Shown: positions 16,497 through 27,063, counted from the stretch's first letter. The stretch: DNA of 64,000 nt from an uncultured Bacilli bacterium (GCA_910583745.1 CAJTZC010000004.1:21548-85547), one strand, 5' to 3'. Notes: generated by a model not told the origin, from the letters alone. Translations and numbers: made by a program.

Positions 16497-18563
16497 CTAG
16501 TTCACTACCTTTCCAAAATCGAGAGAGCCGTTGTCTCGAGGCGTAAAAGCGAAGTTACCTAACATAAGACGTGTAACCTTGAATGTGTCTCCGTTCCAAA
16601 AAGAAATCGGTACATTGTTGTACCGAATTTCGATTCCGTCGTCTTTTGAAACTAAAGTATAAGGGCTAGTGCTTTTTCCGATGACAAGTCCAACTCCCGC
16701 TTCAAATTTCATATACTCTGATTGTTCAATAACTTTCTCTTCTAATTCTCCAGTTTTATCCTTAATAGTTTTGAGTGTTTCGTTTATTTCCCAAGCGAAA
16801 GAATTGTTGTTTTGAGTGTATTTAGTCTCAAACTCTGTAATAACTCTGTTTACTTCATTTTCGAGATTGTGAAGTTTATCTTGTATCGAAGCGTCTAAAT
16901 CATTTATAGATGAGTTTATACTATCTATTTCATGACTAAAATCATTCACTACTTCCCATGTTTCGCCGTTATAGCGTTTTAACTGATTCATGGTTGTATC
17001 TAACCACATAAGAGTTTTATCTTCTGATTCAACATCACTTTGAATTGCACTGTCTTTACCGTCTTGTCCTTGTAAAACAAGAGATAACATTATAGTTTTA
17101 TACAATTCATAAGTGTTATTATTTGAATCAGTGTAACTGAATTTGAACGTATATTTGTTATCGAGAGCAAAAATAGAGATATCTTTGTCAACTGCGAAAC
17201 GAACGTAATTTTCATCTATCGTTAAAACGATTCCTGTCTTTTCATCTTCAGTTATAGGTTTGCAGTCTATCTTTTTACCCATAAAAAATACATCATAGTT
17301 GATGTCATAATTTGTGGTCTCATGAGGTTTGTTAGAATTATCAACCGAAACGACTATATTGTTTGACTCTAGATTTACTCGGAATTTTTCGACAGTAGAA
17401 TTTACTATTTCTTCGGTCTTGCTTACAGAAGCCGAAATATTATCAAGGTCTAACTCAATCGTAGACAAACGACCATCTAAGTTATCTTGCTCTTGTGAAA
17501 TAACTTTAAATTTTCCTTCGTGTTCGTCTAAAGTACTTTGAAGCTTTTTAATTTTTGTTTTTGTGGATATTTTTTGCGTACTATCTTTTGAAGATATACC
17601 AGATAAATCTGAAAGATAGCTTCCATAAAAACCATTACCAAATCTCCATTTTTTTTGCGCAAAAGTTTGCATGTTTCCAATCTTAATTAAATCTCCTGTA
17701 TCAATTGAAGGGTCTCCCCACATTTGAAGATTCGAAGATTGAAATTGCAAACCATTTAAAGCGTTGAATATCGCATCTATCTCTTCTTGTGTACACGTAA
17801 AAATGCTATTGGAATCCAGATAAACTATATATCCATTTTCATTACCAGCTTCAAAAAGTTGCGAACCATTTGCATAGACAACTTTAGTTACGATTTTGAC
17901 TTCATCTTGGGTATATTCGCTAACGGTGGTTTGTGGAATTTCGATAGGAGTTAAGTCTTCAAAAGAAACAATTTTAAGCTTATCTCTTATTAATTTTGCG
18001 TACCCACAAGCGCGTTCACTGATATAGCTTAGATAATTCCTAGCAGTAAGATTACTATCATAAACTTCTACATTTTTACTTCCGTTTATTATATATGAAT
18101 TTTCTAGCGGGACTCCTATATCTTCGCAAATATGTTTTAAAAGTTGATACCGTGTACAAGGTATATATTGACTCGCGTCATATGGGACATCAAATAAGAA
18201 CATTTTATCATTTAATATATACTCTGTCTCAAAATCATTTTTATTTTCAACTTTTGTCACGATGAAGGTGCCCAAAGGGATTTTTTCAGTAGTTTCATCA
18301 TCAAACAGTAATTTGTAAGTTATATTCAATCTTGAAGACATTTTAAGAGGCAAATCTATATCATTATCTAAAGTCAATTTAATCTTACATATTGTCGCAC
18401 TTCCTAGTGAAAAACACTTATTAACAAATACATCATCATCGAGAGAAAAGTCTCTAATAAAATCATTATCAATAATAATGTCTCCGAATTTTATTTCTAA
18501 GGAATGTTCTGCATTTTCACTATAAATATTATCTTTATATCTTTGAGTTGTATAATAAGCCAT
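16497..18563 (-). CDS. Tail-tip/baseplate structural protein (688 aa) with coiled-coil segments
   Basis: Position between the tape measure and the fiber gene. Confidence 0.5.
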   Translation of the reverse strand: MAYYTTQRYKDNIYSENAEHSLEIKFGDIIIDNDFIRDFSLDDDVFVNKCFSLGSATICKIKLTLDNDIDLPLKMSSRLNITYKLLFDDETTEKIPLGTFIVTKVENKNDFETEYILNDKMFLFDVPYDASQYIPCTRYQLLKHICEDIGVPLENSYIINGSKNVEVYDSNLTARNYLSYISERACGYAKLIRDKLKIVSFEDLTPIEIPQTTVSEYTQDEVKIVTKVVYANGSQLFEAGNENGYIVYLDSNSIFTCTQEEIDAIFNALNGLQFQSSNLQMWGDPSIDTGDLIKIGNMQTFAQKKWRFGNGFYGSYLSDLSGISSKDSTQKISTKTKIKKLQSTLDEHEGKFKVISQEQDNLDGRLSTIELDLDNISASVSKTEEIVNSTVEKFRVNLESNNIVVSVDNSNKPHETTNYDINYDVFFMGKKIDCKPITEDEKTGIVLTIDENYVRFAVDKDISIFALDNKYTFKFSYTDSNNNTYELYKTIMLSLVLQGQDGKDSAIQSDVESEDKTLMWLDTTMNQLKRYNGETWEVVNDFSHEIDSINSSINDLDASIQDKLHNLENEVNRVITEFETKYTQNNNSFAWEINETLKTIKDKTGELEEKVIEQSEYMKFEAGVGLVIGKSTSPYTLVSKDDGIEIRYNNVPISFWNGDTFKVTRLMLGNFAFTPRDNGSLDFGKVVN

Positions 18564-18566
18564 ATT

Positions 18567-18953
18567 TTATTGTCCTCTCACTTTTTTCTTTTGAGAGCAG
18601 CTAAAAGATACTTTCCATTTTGTCTTATCACTGTTTTCATCTTCTGTGGTCGAAATCAGTGATATAGACCTTTTTGCGCATCTAAAATCTGCAGTTAAAA
18701 TTTTTCCGCCTAAAATAGGACATTTAATCTCTAAAGGCATAGGATTTTGCCAAGTTAAAGCCATTAATTTTTCAGCTTCCTCTTCGCTTACATAATCAAA
18801 AGAAAAAGAGCATTTTACCATACCCTTTGCTAAAGTTTTATCAATTAAACTAGCGCTAACTGGTGACCTTTTTGAATCTAAATCTATGTCATCTACATTT
18901 AGCGAAAAAGAAGAGGGAGATTTTTGAGTCTCCCCATTACATTTCCAAACCAT
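18567..18953 (-). CDS. Small tail structural protein (128 aa; possible distal tail protein)
   Basis: Immediately downstream of the tape measure gene. Confidence 0.4.
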   Translation of the reverse strand: MVWKCNGETQKSPSSFSLNVDDIDLDSKRSPVSASLIDKTLAKGMVKCSFSFDYVSEEEAEKLMALTWQNPMPLEIKCPILGGKILTADFRCAKRSISLISTTEDENSDKTKWKVSFSCSQKKKVRGQ

Positions 18954-18955
18954 AT

Positions 18956-21544
18956 TTACACCTCCGCAATTACGCTTACACCTTTGCGCGCACTTTCACT
19001 ATTTATATAATCGATTGCTCCATCATAGAAATTATCGTCCATAACATTGATGACTAACTTTTCTACTCTAGTGCCACTTTCCTCTTTTTCGTTCAAAACG
19101 CTTCTAAAGGCATCTTCCATCATGCTTCTTGGAGAAATGATTTCTGGGTCTTGTCTTGCATTCGCATATTCTCCAACAACAACCGCAGTTTCTTCATATG
19201 CTACATCTCCGCCTGCTAGCCTAGGTAAATTAATAGTGCTTATTTTTGGGATTTTAACATTAACTCCAACCAAATCCAGTATTGCATTCCCCATATCGCG
19301 AAGTGGTTTTAATATTGCATTTAACCCCTTAATGACAGAGTTTATGAAACTTTCAAAGCCTGTTAACATAGTATTTATGATGCCTTTTAAAGCTCCCCAA
19401 ATGCTATCCCATATGCCTTTAAAAATAAGTGATACACCTTCCCAAGCCTTCTTCCAATCACCTGTAAAAGCTCCACTTATAAATTTTGCGACCCCACGAA
19501 TCACATCAATAATTCCACCGATAGCATCACAAAGTCCCTTAATTAAAGGTTCAAATATATTTTTACTGCATTGTACTACCAAATCTACCAAAGGTTTCAA
19601 TGCGACATTCCAGACATCGCTTAGAGCTGAAATGATATCGCCAATTGCTGGCAATAATTTATCATCGATTACTGGCTTAACATATTTTTCATACATTTCT
19701 AGTAACCAATTTGCAATGTCTTTTGCTATTCCAAAAATATCATCGACACAAGTGAATACCCTATTTAAAGCATCTTGGAATGACTCGCTCATTACCCACT
19801 GTTTAATGCTATCTCCTATGAGCAAAACAAATTTTTGAATATCTTTGAAAATATCAGCTATTTTTTGAATAATTGATGTCCCAGTTCCGGCATTCTGCCA
19901 CGCGTTAGAAATTGCTCCTGACACTGCTCCAACGATATCAAAGAATTGTTGCCATTGTAAAATGACGTTTCCAATTAATTCTTGACCCGTCCCATTTGTC
20001 CAAACTTCTAATAAACTATTACCAACTACACTGCCTAGTTCGCCAATATTTGCGACCATTGTCATGATACTGTCAAAAACACCTGTACCAACATTCTCCC
20101 AAGCGAGTTGAAAAGGTTCAAAAATTTTACTAAATAGTTCACTGACTTGTGCAAAGAATGAATTAAATGGTGACATATCTATTTCTTCTATTGTAAGTGA
20201 CTGTGTATCACTTCCACCGCCTGATTCACTGTTTAACACGCTTATATCATCGATTGAACTTAAAGAACCGCCTGCTTTACCCGCAGATTTAGCTTGTTTG
20301 TCCAAAGCTTTGGCGTTAGCTCTTGCTACCAAATCAACACCCGTGAGCGCTTTTACAAAAGTGGCAACTACACTTACTAATTTTGAAAATAAACCGACAA
20401 TATATTCTAAGATAGGAGCTAATAAGCTTCCTAATACATTCCAACAATTTTGAACAGAAGAAGCTAATTGAGTATCAAAGCTTAAATAAGCATTCGCAGC
20501 CTTACTCACTGCACTGAATACAGTTCTAATACTTAATAAAGAAAGAGTAAATCTTTTAATTGATTTTATCCCGTTAGAAAACGACTTCGATAAACCACTA
20601 ACAAAACCATTATTGCTTTTTTTGGAACTTTCATTCTTTGCTTCTTTTAATTTGTTTATAAATTCTTTTATTTTACTAATAGGTTTAGTATATTGCTGCG
20701 CATGTTCTTTGATATAAACAGATGCTTGAACAAAAGCATTTTGTGCTATCTTTCCGATGTTTGAAAACACAGATTTTAAAGGAAGTACTTTTGCTTTTAC
20801 TGTTTCAAATGTATTTGTGAAGGAACTTGATATCTTAGTTTTAAGATTTAAAAAATGTTTTGCTATACTACCTGTAACTTCTTCACTTACATTTTTTAAC
20901 GGTTGAAGTTTTGAAACTAGTAAGCCTAACAATGAGCCTGTATCGTTTATTCTATTTTTAAACTCATCTACTGCACCATTTATTATTGGAAAAGTTTGCT
21001 GAACTTGCATTCCGACCGTTTTAATTTGTTCTCTAAGCGTTAACATGTCAAAATCGTTTAATCTTTCCTGAAGTGAGTAAACGTCATTACTTATCCCGTT
21101 TAATGTTTGCTTAGAAATGTTATCGTCTAGATTTATTTTAGATGAAACATTTTGAGTTATTGAAGTCTCTTTGTTAATTTTTCCGGTATCTAAAGATTCA
21201 TAATTCAAAGATTCAAGAACATTCTTCGCTTCTCTTATTTTAAAAACAAGGGCATCTAATTTTTTGCTATCGTTTTCGTCAAACAAACTATTATTAAGTC
21301 GAAATTTGTCACTTAATTCTTTTTTCAATTTGGACATTTCCTCTATTTTAGCTTTAAGTTCGTCAGAATTTAAATTAGAAAATATTCCGTCAAATGATTT
21401 TGCATCTATGTTTTTTATGCTTTTAGATATGTTCTTGGTAGCTTCAGATGTCTCTTTTGCTATTTTTTTTATGTCTTTTCGAGCATTTTCTACTTTCGCT
21501 CTTACAATAATATCTATTTCTTCTAATATTTGCTTATTGTCCAC
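18956..21544 (-). CDS. Tail tape measure protein
   Basis: 862 aa with an N-terminal coiled-coil and a Gly/Ala/Ser-rich central part. It follows the G/GT chaperone pair. Confidence 0.7.
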   Translation of the reverse strand: MDNKQILEEIDIIVRAKVENARKDIKKIAKETSEATKNISKSIKNIDAKSFDGIFSNLNSDELKAKIEEMSKLKKELSDKFRLNNSLFDENDSKKLDALVFKIREAKNVLESLNYESLDTGKINKETSITQNVSSKINLDDNISKQTLNGISNDVYSLQERLNDFDMLTLREQIKTVGMQVQQTFPIINGAVDEFKNRINDTGSLLGLLVSKLQPLKNVSEEVTGSIAKHFLNLKTKISSSFTNTFETVKAKVLPLKSVFSNIGKIAQNAFVQASVYIKEHAQQYTKPISKIKEFINKLKEAKNESSKKSNNGFVSGLSKSFSNGIKSIKRFTLSLLSIRTVFSAVSKAANAYLSFDTQLASSVQNCWNVLGSLLAPILEYIVGLFSKLVSVVATFVKALTGVDLVARANAKALDKQAKSAGKAGGSLSSIDDISVLNSESGGGSDTQSLTIEEIDMSPFNSFFAQVSELFSKIFEPFQLAWENVGTGVFDSIMTMVANIGELGSVVGNSLLEVWTNGTGQELIGNVILQWQQFFDIVGAVSGAISNAWQNAGTGTSIIQKIADIFKDIQKFVLLIGDSIKQWVMSESFQDALNRVFTCVDDIFGIAKDIANWLLEMYEKYVKPVIDDKLLPAIGDIISALSDVWNVALKPLVDLVVQCSKNIFEPLIKGLCDAIGGIIDVIRGVAKFISGAFTGDWKKAWEGVSLIFKGIWDSIWGALKGIINTMLTGFESFINSVIKGLNAILKPLRDMGNAILDLVGVNVKIPKISTINLPRLAGGDVAYEETAVVVGEYANARQDPEIISPRSMMEDAFRSVLNEKEESGTRVEKLVINVMDDNFYDGAIDYINSESARKGVSVIAEV

Positions 21545-21580
21545 AATTTTTGCCTCCTCTCTTTGGTAATAAACAGAAGA

Positions 21581-21853
21581 TTATTTCATGCTTCTTAAAA
21601 TTTTTATTTGTTCTTCTATTGTCTGTTGATGAGATGAAGGTTCTAATTCTTCTTTAAACAAACTTTTAAAAGTATGTCTTACCAAACTTATGTTTCTTGG
21701 CCTTTCTCTGCCTATTACATCATTGATTTTGTTACCTAGCGCGTCAAATAGTACTATCTGTTTTTTATAATCTTCTTCTCTTTGCAAAGAGTTGGACTTT
21801 ACAAATGTATAAGCTTCCCTATATGTGCAATTCCAAAATTCACTAGGTTTCAT
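21581..21853 (-). CDS. Tail assembly chaperone T-segment (expressed as a G-T fusion via -1 frameshift)
   Basis: This ORF is in the -1 frame relative to 21916..22395. That frame stays open from the A6 slippery run at 21964-21969 down to this ORF. Confidence 0.5.
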   Translation of the reverse strand: MKPSEFWNCTYREAYTFVKSNSLQREEDYKKQIVLFDALGNKINDVIGRERPRNISLVRHTFKSLFKEELEPSSHQQTIEEQIKILRSMK

Positions 21854-21915
21854 TCCATATCTGTAACAATGTGGTTCAATTTCATAGATTAAGTCTTTAA
21901 AATCTTTTTTATTTT

Positions 21916-22395
21916 TTAACCCTTGAAGCCACGAAATTCTTCGGTTGCAATTGTTTCGACTGCTTTTTTCGCAGAATTCGTTATTATTTCGTTCATGTCT
22001 ATTCCTATAACAGGATTTTTGATATTCTGTTCCAGTTCCTTCACTGCCATTTTGGCTTTCAAAAAACCCATTTCATTAGTAATTTTCAAAACCTCTTCAT
22101 ATAAACTCGAATAAGAGCATTCGTTTTCTGAGATATAATTGTCAATAAAATCATAAACATTGTCTATTGAATAAAATGCCTCAGTTCCGTCTTGCTTTTC
22201 TGCAAAAGCTTTAATCGTTTCGGCAAGGATTGAAACATTTCCTTCGTTTAGCCCTTTAAACAATAAATCGCTTAAACTTTTAGTCTTTAATTTTTCAGTC
22301 AAACGAACTACTTTTCTAGTTCTAGGAATTAACGAAATCTCCTGTTCTACAATATTACCAGCTTTATCTTTCATTTTTACATTAAATGTTGTCAT
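21916..22395 (-). CDS. Tail assembly chaperone (gpG-like)
   Basis: 159 aa between the major tail protein and the tape measure. Its 3' end carries GCG AAA AAA GCA. Confidence 0.55.
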   Translation of the reverse strand: MTTFNVKMKDKAGNIVEQEISLIPRTRKVVRLTEKLKTKSLSDLLFKGLNEGNVSILAETIKAFAEKQDGTEAFYSIDNVYDFIDNYISENECSYSSLYEEVLKITNEMGFLKAKMAVKELEQNIKNPVIGIDMNEIITNSAKKAVETIATEEFRGFKG

Positions 22396-22442
22396 TATTA
22401 CTTTTCTCCGTTTCTATCTAAAATAAATAAAAAAAGGAAACC

Positions 22443-22958
22443 CTATTCGCCATTGGCTACTGGGAATCCTTTCGTCTCTTCTACTTTACTACTTCTATAA
22501 ATAGTTAAGTTTTCTTTTAGCAAATCATCTATTGCTATGGTATCTAACCCCATGTCACATGCACCAGTAAAATTAAATACTAAAGGTTTACCTGGCATGG
22601 TTGCTGTTGAGTCCGGTAATTTGATAAACCAATTGTATTCTTTATCGCTTTCTGCTAGCGCATTTAATTCGTCGTGTTGCTCTTCAGTGAATAAGAGAGG
22701 AATAGTTAAAGTTTCAGCTTTTCTACTTCCTTTCGCCTGTTGTTCTTCGTCTAAATCTAGTGCATTATAAGTAATTGCTTCTTTAGCACTCTTCAGAGGT
22801 GGAATTTCTTGAACATAAGCAACTTGTTTTTTTTCACCCGTTTTTGTTTCACTGTACCATAAAGTACTTAAAGTACTCGTTTTTGGAGTATTTCCATTCA
22901 TAAAAATCGTTCCTTTCCATAATAAAAGCACATATTTTTTAGTGCTTGATTCTTTCAA
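22443..22958 (-). CDS. Major tail protein (171 aa)
   Basis: Position immediately upstream of the G/GT chaperones. Confidence 0.5.
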   Translation of the reverse strand: MKESSTKKYVLLLWKGTIFMNGNTPKTSTLSTLWYSETKTGEKKQVAYVQEIPPLKSAKEAITYNALDLDEEQQAKGSRKAETLTIPLLFTEEQHDELNALAESDKEYNWFIKLPDSTATMPGKPLVFNFTGACDMGLDTIAIDDLLKENLTIYRSSKVEETKGFPVANGE

Positions 22959-23334
22959 ATGAATTTGTTAGACCATTGTAATTAACTTCATATCTTCCGC
23001 CATATCGATATTTTCTAGTTACTGTATCAAATGTATCAATAGGAGCTCCCACCGGAGTAAAATTAAAAGTTCTTAACCAGCGTGTCACTTCATGAAACAT
23101 TCTCATAGCTTCATATTTTGAATTAGACCAGTTCTCTATGTTAATTGAAAATCTAGTAAAAATAGGGAAATTATCTTCCGTTCGTCGAATCGACTGCATA
23201 GCATTATTTACCACGCTCAAAGGGAATGTTTCTTCTTTGTCAGGGTTGTCTAAAACAACATTACCTATATTCTCGATTTGTCTTACAACAAATTTTGTGA
23301 AATCTTCTATGCTAAGTTCGTACATATTAGTCAC
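22939..23334 (-). CDS. Head-tail joining / tail completion protein (131 aa)
   Basis: Position in the conserved head-tail connector block. Confidence 0.35.
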   Translation of the reverse strand: MTNMYELSIEDFTKFVVRQIENIGNVVLDNPDKEETFPLSVVNNAMQSIRRTEDNFPIFTRFSINIENWSNSKYEAMRMFHEVTRWLRTFNFTPVGAPIDTFDTVTRKYRYGGRYEVNYNGLTNSFERIKH

Positions 23335-23858
23335 TTCCTTAAATTTTTTCTTAATTCTCTGACAAACAAATCAATTCCTTCGTTTTCTAAAATAAAAGCT
23401 GTTGGTCTCATATAAGGCCTTGGCTTTTGTTCAAAAACTATTACATAAGGTTCTCCATTGATTTCGGTCATCATAGGATAAAAAATCCCATTAACGACCA
23501 TAAAATCCGTTGGTAAATAATCTTTTTCGACCGATTTTGCTGGTGCATACCAAAATTTAAAACCGCTTTCTATAAATACTTTAGAAGTACCTATATTTGG
23601 CATTTCTGCATATGTTCCTGTTCCATATTCTAAAAACAAAGCCCAATCAAAATTAGTATATAATCTTCCTTCTGATTCAGAATTTTTATAGTTTATCTCA
23701 TAAAGTATCATATTTTTATTTTTTGAGCCTTTTTTATAAGAGAGAGCTTTGTCTTGCGCATATTTCATAAGCGTTTCCAGAGCTTTAGAAGTTCCATCTT
23801 CAAGTTTTCGTTGAAACTTTTTTGTATGAGATTTAGTCTTTATTGTAACGCTTATCAT
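23331..23858 (-). CDS. Head-tail joining protein (175 aa)
   Basis: Position; translationally coupled overlaps. Confidence 0.35.
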   Translation of the reverse strand: MISVTIKTKSHTKKFQRKLEDGTSKALETLMKYAQDKALSYKKGSKNKNMILYEINYKNSESEGRLYTNFDWALFLEYGTGTYAEMPNIGTSKVFIESGFKFWYAPAKSVEKDYLPTDFMVVNGIFYPMMTEINGEPYVIVFEQKPRPYMRPTAFILENEGIDLFVRELRKNLRK

Positions 23859-24196
23859 CGGTTTTGATTGACCTCACATATACACGTTATACATCTCCCC
23901 ACTCTTATTTTTGATGTTACTATATATTTAGGAACTTCTATCGAAAAATTATTCTTAATTTTCATTTCATATAGAGAGATTCCGTCATTTTTTTCAATTG
24001 GTATTTCTTTATCGAATCTAAGTTTGAGTTTTTCATATTCTATAATTCCAGCTATTGAACGGTCAAGTTCATTGATATCTTGTTGTATATTGACTCTTAA
24101 ATGAGTCTTATATTCCCATGTTTTTGAAATTTCACCATCAATTTTTCTTATTACAGGTGTATAGAGATAACAGTCTTTTAAATTTATTATTCTCAT
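23855..24196 (-). CDS. Head-tail connector/adaptor protein (113 aa)
   Basis: Position. Confidence 0.35.
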   Translation of the reverse strand: MRIINLKDCYLYTPVIRKIDGEISKTWEYKTHLRVNIQQDINELDRSIAGIIEYEKLKLRFDKEIPIEKNDGISLYEMKIKNNFSIEVPKYIVTSKIRVGRCITCICEVNQNR

Positions 24197-24522
24197 GGCA
24201 ACAGCCTTATGCTACTAACGTCTTTTTTTAGCTTATTTTCAATGTCGATAAATGAATCCGACATGCCACCCTCGGTGTTACTATTGCTTGCCTCTTTGCC
24301 TAGTTTTAGATAAGACATTTTGACAGCAGTTTTAACATAAGGAATAAGCTTTTCATCAGTCATTTTGCGGTTAGAATATTGAGAAGCAATCATCAAATAA
24401 TGGTCTATAAAATCTTCAATAATCATTCTATCTTTTTTTGAATAATTATCTTTTAATTGTTTAATAATATTATCAATTAGAGTGTCCTTGACTTCCTCTG
24501 TCATTTTTATCACCTTCAACAA
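24193..24522 (-). CDS. Head-tail connector protein (109 aa; true start possibly the internal M at 24504)
   Basis: Position. Confidence 0.35.
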   Translation of the reverse strand: MLKVIKMTEEVKDTLIDNIIKQLKDNYSKKDRMIIEDFIDHYLMIASQYSNRKMTDEKLIPYVKTAVKMSYLKLGKEASNSNTEGGMSDSFIDIENKLKKDVSSIRLLP

Positions 24523-24651
24523 TATCTGTTTTTTCTTTTTTGTTTTTTGTTTTTTCTACTAAGGTGTATTCTTTTGTTGATAACATGGCATCTTTGACTG
24601 ATGGAGAAACCACATTGTAAATGTTTCCATTTTTATCTTTCAACTTAAACA
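24472..24651 (-). CDS. Small hypothetical protein (59 aa), not in the ORF track
   Basis: ATG at 24651 with RBS AAGGAG, one nucleotide after the stop of the upstream gene. Translates as MFKLKDKNGNIYNVVSPSVK... Confidence 0.3.
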
Positions 24652-24654
24652 TAA

Positions 24655-25062
24655 TTATTTCTCCTTTTCAGATTCATTATTTTGTATTAATTTCAAAAGC
24701 TCATCGTCTGTCATACTATCTTCAAAAGGAATTTCTAAGACATTTAATGATTCTATTAGTTCTTCTCTAGAATAATTATTCACAACGATGTCATCCGCAT
24801 TAATGTTATCGCCACTAGTATTAATAGTCTTGACGCTATTGTCAGTAGTACCATCTATGGAAGTCTTCTTTTTATTTTTTGTTTTAGTACTTTTTTGACT
24901 AGTATCATCATTCTTTATAGAAGCTTCTTCTTTATAAGGTTCGTAATTAGAATTATGAGTGAAGGCGAATAATTCAGAAAAATTATTCGCTTCAACTACC
25001 TCGTCTGTAATTTTATTAATAAATTTTTTCATATTAAGCCTCACTAGAAATGATTCTAACAA
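24655..25062 (-). CDS. Hypothetical head protein (135 aa, acidic/Thr-rich)
   Basis: Directly downstream of the capsid gene. Confidence 0.4.
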   Translation of the reverse strand: MLESFLVRLNMKKFINKITDEVVEANNFSELFAFTHNSNYEPYKEEASIKNDDTSQKSTKTKNKKKTSIDGTTDNSVKTINTSGDNINADDIVVNNYSREELIESLNVLEIPFEDSMTDDELLKLIQNNESEKEK

Positions 25063-26095
25063 TAGGGATTAATTGATGTGGATAAAATTCAGGACTATCC
25101 AAATTGCTACTTTTAGCAAGACCCCAGTTAGCTCCATCTGCGAATTCTTCGTCAGTTGGCGAATCTGTAACTACATTTTTCTTTAAAAAGCTAAAGCCTT
25201 TTGGGTGTAAAACTCTACGCTCACGATTAATTAAATCAACCTTTCCGCCTTTTTCATATGGGTTTCTGTATCTTTCAAATGGTACTTCAACTGGTAAATC
25301 TTCATTTTTAATAAATGCTCCACCACCAATTCCATAAGTCATATATTTAGTTGTTTCCCCAACTTTAATTGTAGTTATTGAATCATCAACTAATACCAGT
25401 TTGTCACCCCATTGAGCAAGATTAGAGTTTCTTTCCATGCCATTCTCATCAGTATATTTCATGTACTCTAAAAGTTTTTTATTCCTTAAATTGTTTGCAA
25501 TTTTTGAATTCATTATTGAAAGAATTAACCCGTTACCATTAAAATCTTTATCTCCAAGCGCTTTTTGTGACGCGTCATTTAAAGAGGTTTCTTCTATGCT
25601 TGCTACTTCGAGTGTATGTTCACGAGCAAAAACATCAGCTCCATCTGCGGTAGAGGAGTACATTCCATTGATGATACTAATTAAAGTATCTTCTCTAATG
25701 TCAACCCATTTTTCTCCCATTCTTTTAGCGAGATGTTCTCTAAAGTCAACCTTTTTGCCAGCTATTTCATTGGCGTAGTCATGTTCTCCGCCCACTAAGG
25801 CTCTACCATAACTTGTTATACCATAAAAATATGTATCTACACCTTTTCCTTTTTCTAAATCTGTAACGCCGTCATAATTTTGCGCTTTTCCTTTAAAATT
25901 GCCCAAAATTGGCAAAACAGCATATATATTCCCTGTTGAATTCGCGAACGTATCATTTACACTCTTGTCAGCAGTATAAATATCTGCATTAATAAGTTTA
26001 TTTTCTCTAGTTTTGGCAATTTCTGAAATGTAAGCACCAAATGCTTGAGCATTCACAGTTTTACCATCATAAAACTTTATAGTTTCTGTATTCAT
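25034..26095 (-). CDS. Major capsid protein (353 aa)
   Basis: Position after the scaffold gene; size. Confidence 0.55.
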   Translation of the reverse strand: MNTETIKFYDGKTVNAQAFGAYISEIAKTRENKLINADIYTADKSVNDTFANSTGNIYAVLPILGNFKGKAQNYDGVTDLEKGKGVDTYFYGITSYGRALVGGEHDYANEIAGKKVDFREHLAKRMGEKWVDIREDTLISIINGMYSSTADGADVFAREHTLEVASIEETSLNDASQKALGDKDFNGNGLILSIMNSKIANNLRNKKLLEYMKYTDENGMERNSNLAQWGDKLVLVDDSITTIKVGETTKYMTYGIGGGAFIKNEDLPVEVPFERYRNPYEKGGKVDLINRERRVLHPKGFSFLKKNVVTDSPTDEEFADGANWGLAKSSNLDSPEFYPHQLIPIVRIISSEA

Positions 26096-26112
26096 TAATA
26101 CATCTTCCTTTC

Positions 26113-26694
26113 TTATTTGTTATATTTTTCTTCAAATTTTTCGTATCCAGTCTTACCTGAATCACTAGGTAATTTGTCACCCGTTTGTGGAGTAGGTTCT
26201 TTTGAATATTCTTCAATTGCATGTTCATGAATTTTTTTTGATGCTTTATCGAATATTTCGATTTTAGTTTTAATGCTCTCTGCTGTTTCTTTTGTGTAGT
26301 CGAGAGTTTCCATTAACTCTAAATCTACTCCTTTTTCTCTTGCTTGCTTTAATGCTTCATCTTTAAGTTTGTAAGAATTAAGTTCGGATACTGCAGAATC
26401 TCTTTCCTTTGTTATCTTGTCAACTTCATAAGACTTCTTTTGTTCTTCGTCCATCTTCGCAAGTTTGTCAGCTTCAGCCTGTTTAGTCTTTTGCTCTTCG
26501 TCCCATTTTAGACGTGCATTTTTCACAGCAGTGTCTGTTGCTTTTGTAATTTTCTTATCAAAAGCACTTCGATACTGTTCATCTTCTAAGATTTCTTCAA
26601 AAGTTAAAACAGGTGCTTCCTCTTCTCCATTTTGAAAAGCATTATCTTCTCCTTCCGCAAACATTTGAATGTTTAATTTTAATTTGTCCTCCAT
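26113..26694 (-). CDS. Scaffold protein (193 aa, acidic coiled-coil)
   Basis: Highly charged, alpha-helical composition immediately upstream of the capsid gene. Confidence 0.5.
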   Translation of the reverse strand: MEDKLKLNIQMFAEGEDNAFQNGEEEAPVLTFEEILEDEQYRSAFDKKITKATDTAVKNARLKWDEEQKTKQAEADKLAKMDEEQKKSYEVDKITKERDSAVSELNSYKLKDEALKQAREKGVDLELMETLDYTKETAESIKTKIEIFDKASKKIHEHAIEEYSKEPTPQTGDKLPSDSGKTGYEKFEEKYNK

Positions 26695-27063
26695 ATTTTC
26701 ATCTCTCCTTTGCCACCTTGATGTTTACGAAATAAAATTACGTCACCATCAAGTTTGCCTTTTTTTTCAGACAAATAAGGGTTTTATCCCATACTAAAAC
26801 TCGACTTTTAGGTCGAGTTAGTGCTATTTATAAGCACTATAAAAGGAACTATTTCTAGTTCCCTATGGTAGTAATTATAAATTATTTGCTTTTGTAAATT
26901 TTTCTAATTCTTCTTCAATACGTTGTATGTATTTTTCATCTCTATATCCGAAAAAATACTTATACATAATTATTTTATCCTATTGTTTTTTTACGAGTCA
27001 CGAACTCACGAGGTTTAAGACAATTAAATTATACCATAAAATAAAAAAGTGCAAAATATTCAC

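Noticed and set aside
19047-19838. 263-aa plus-strand ORF
   Set aside because: Entirely antisense to the tape measure gene; no RBS or context. The many other opposite-strand ORFs inside long genes (398..832, 17329..17541, 25437..25778, 58250..58825 etc.) are rejected for the same reason.
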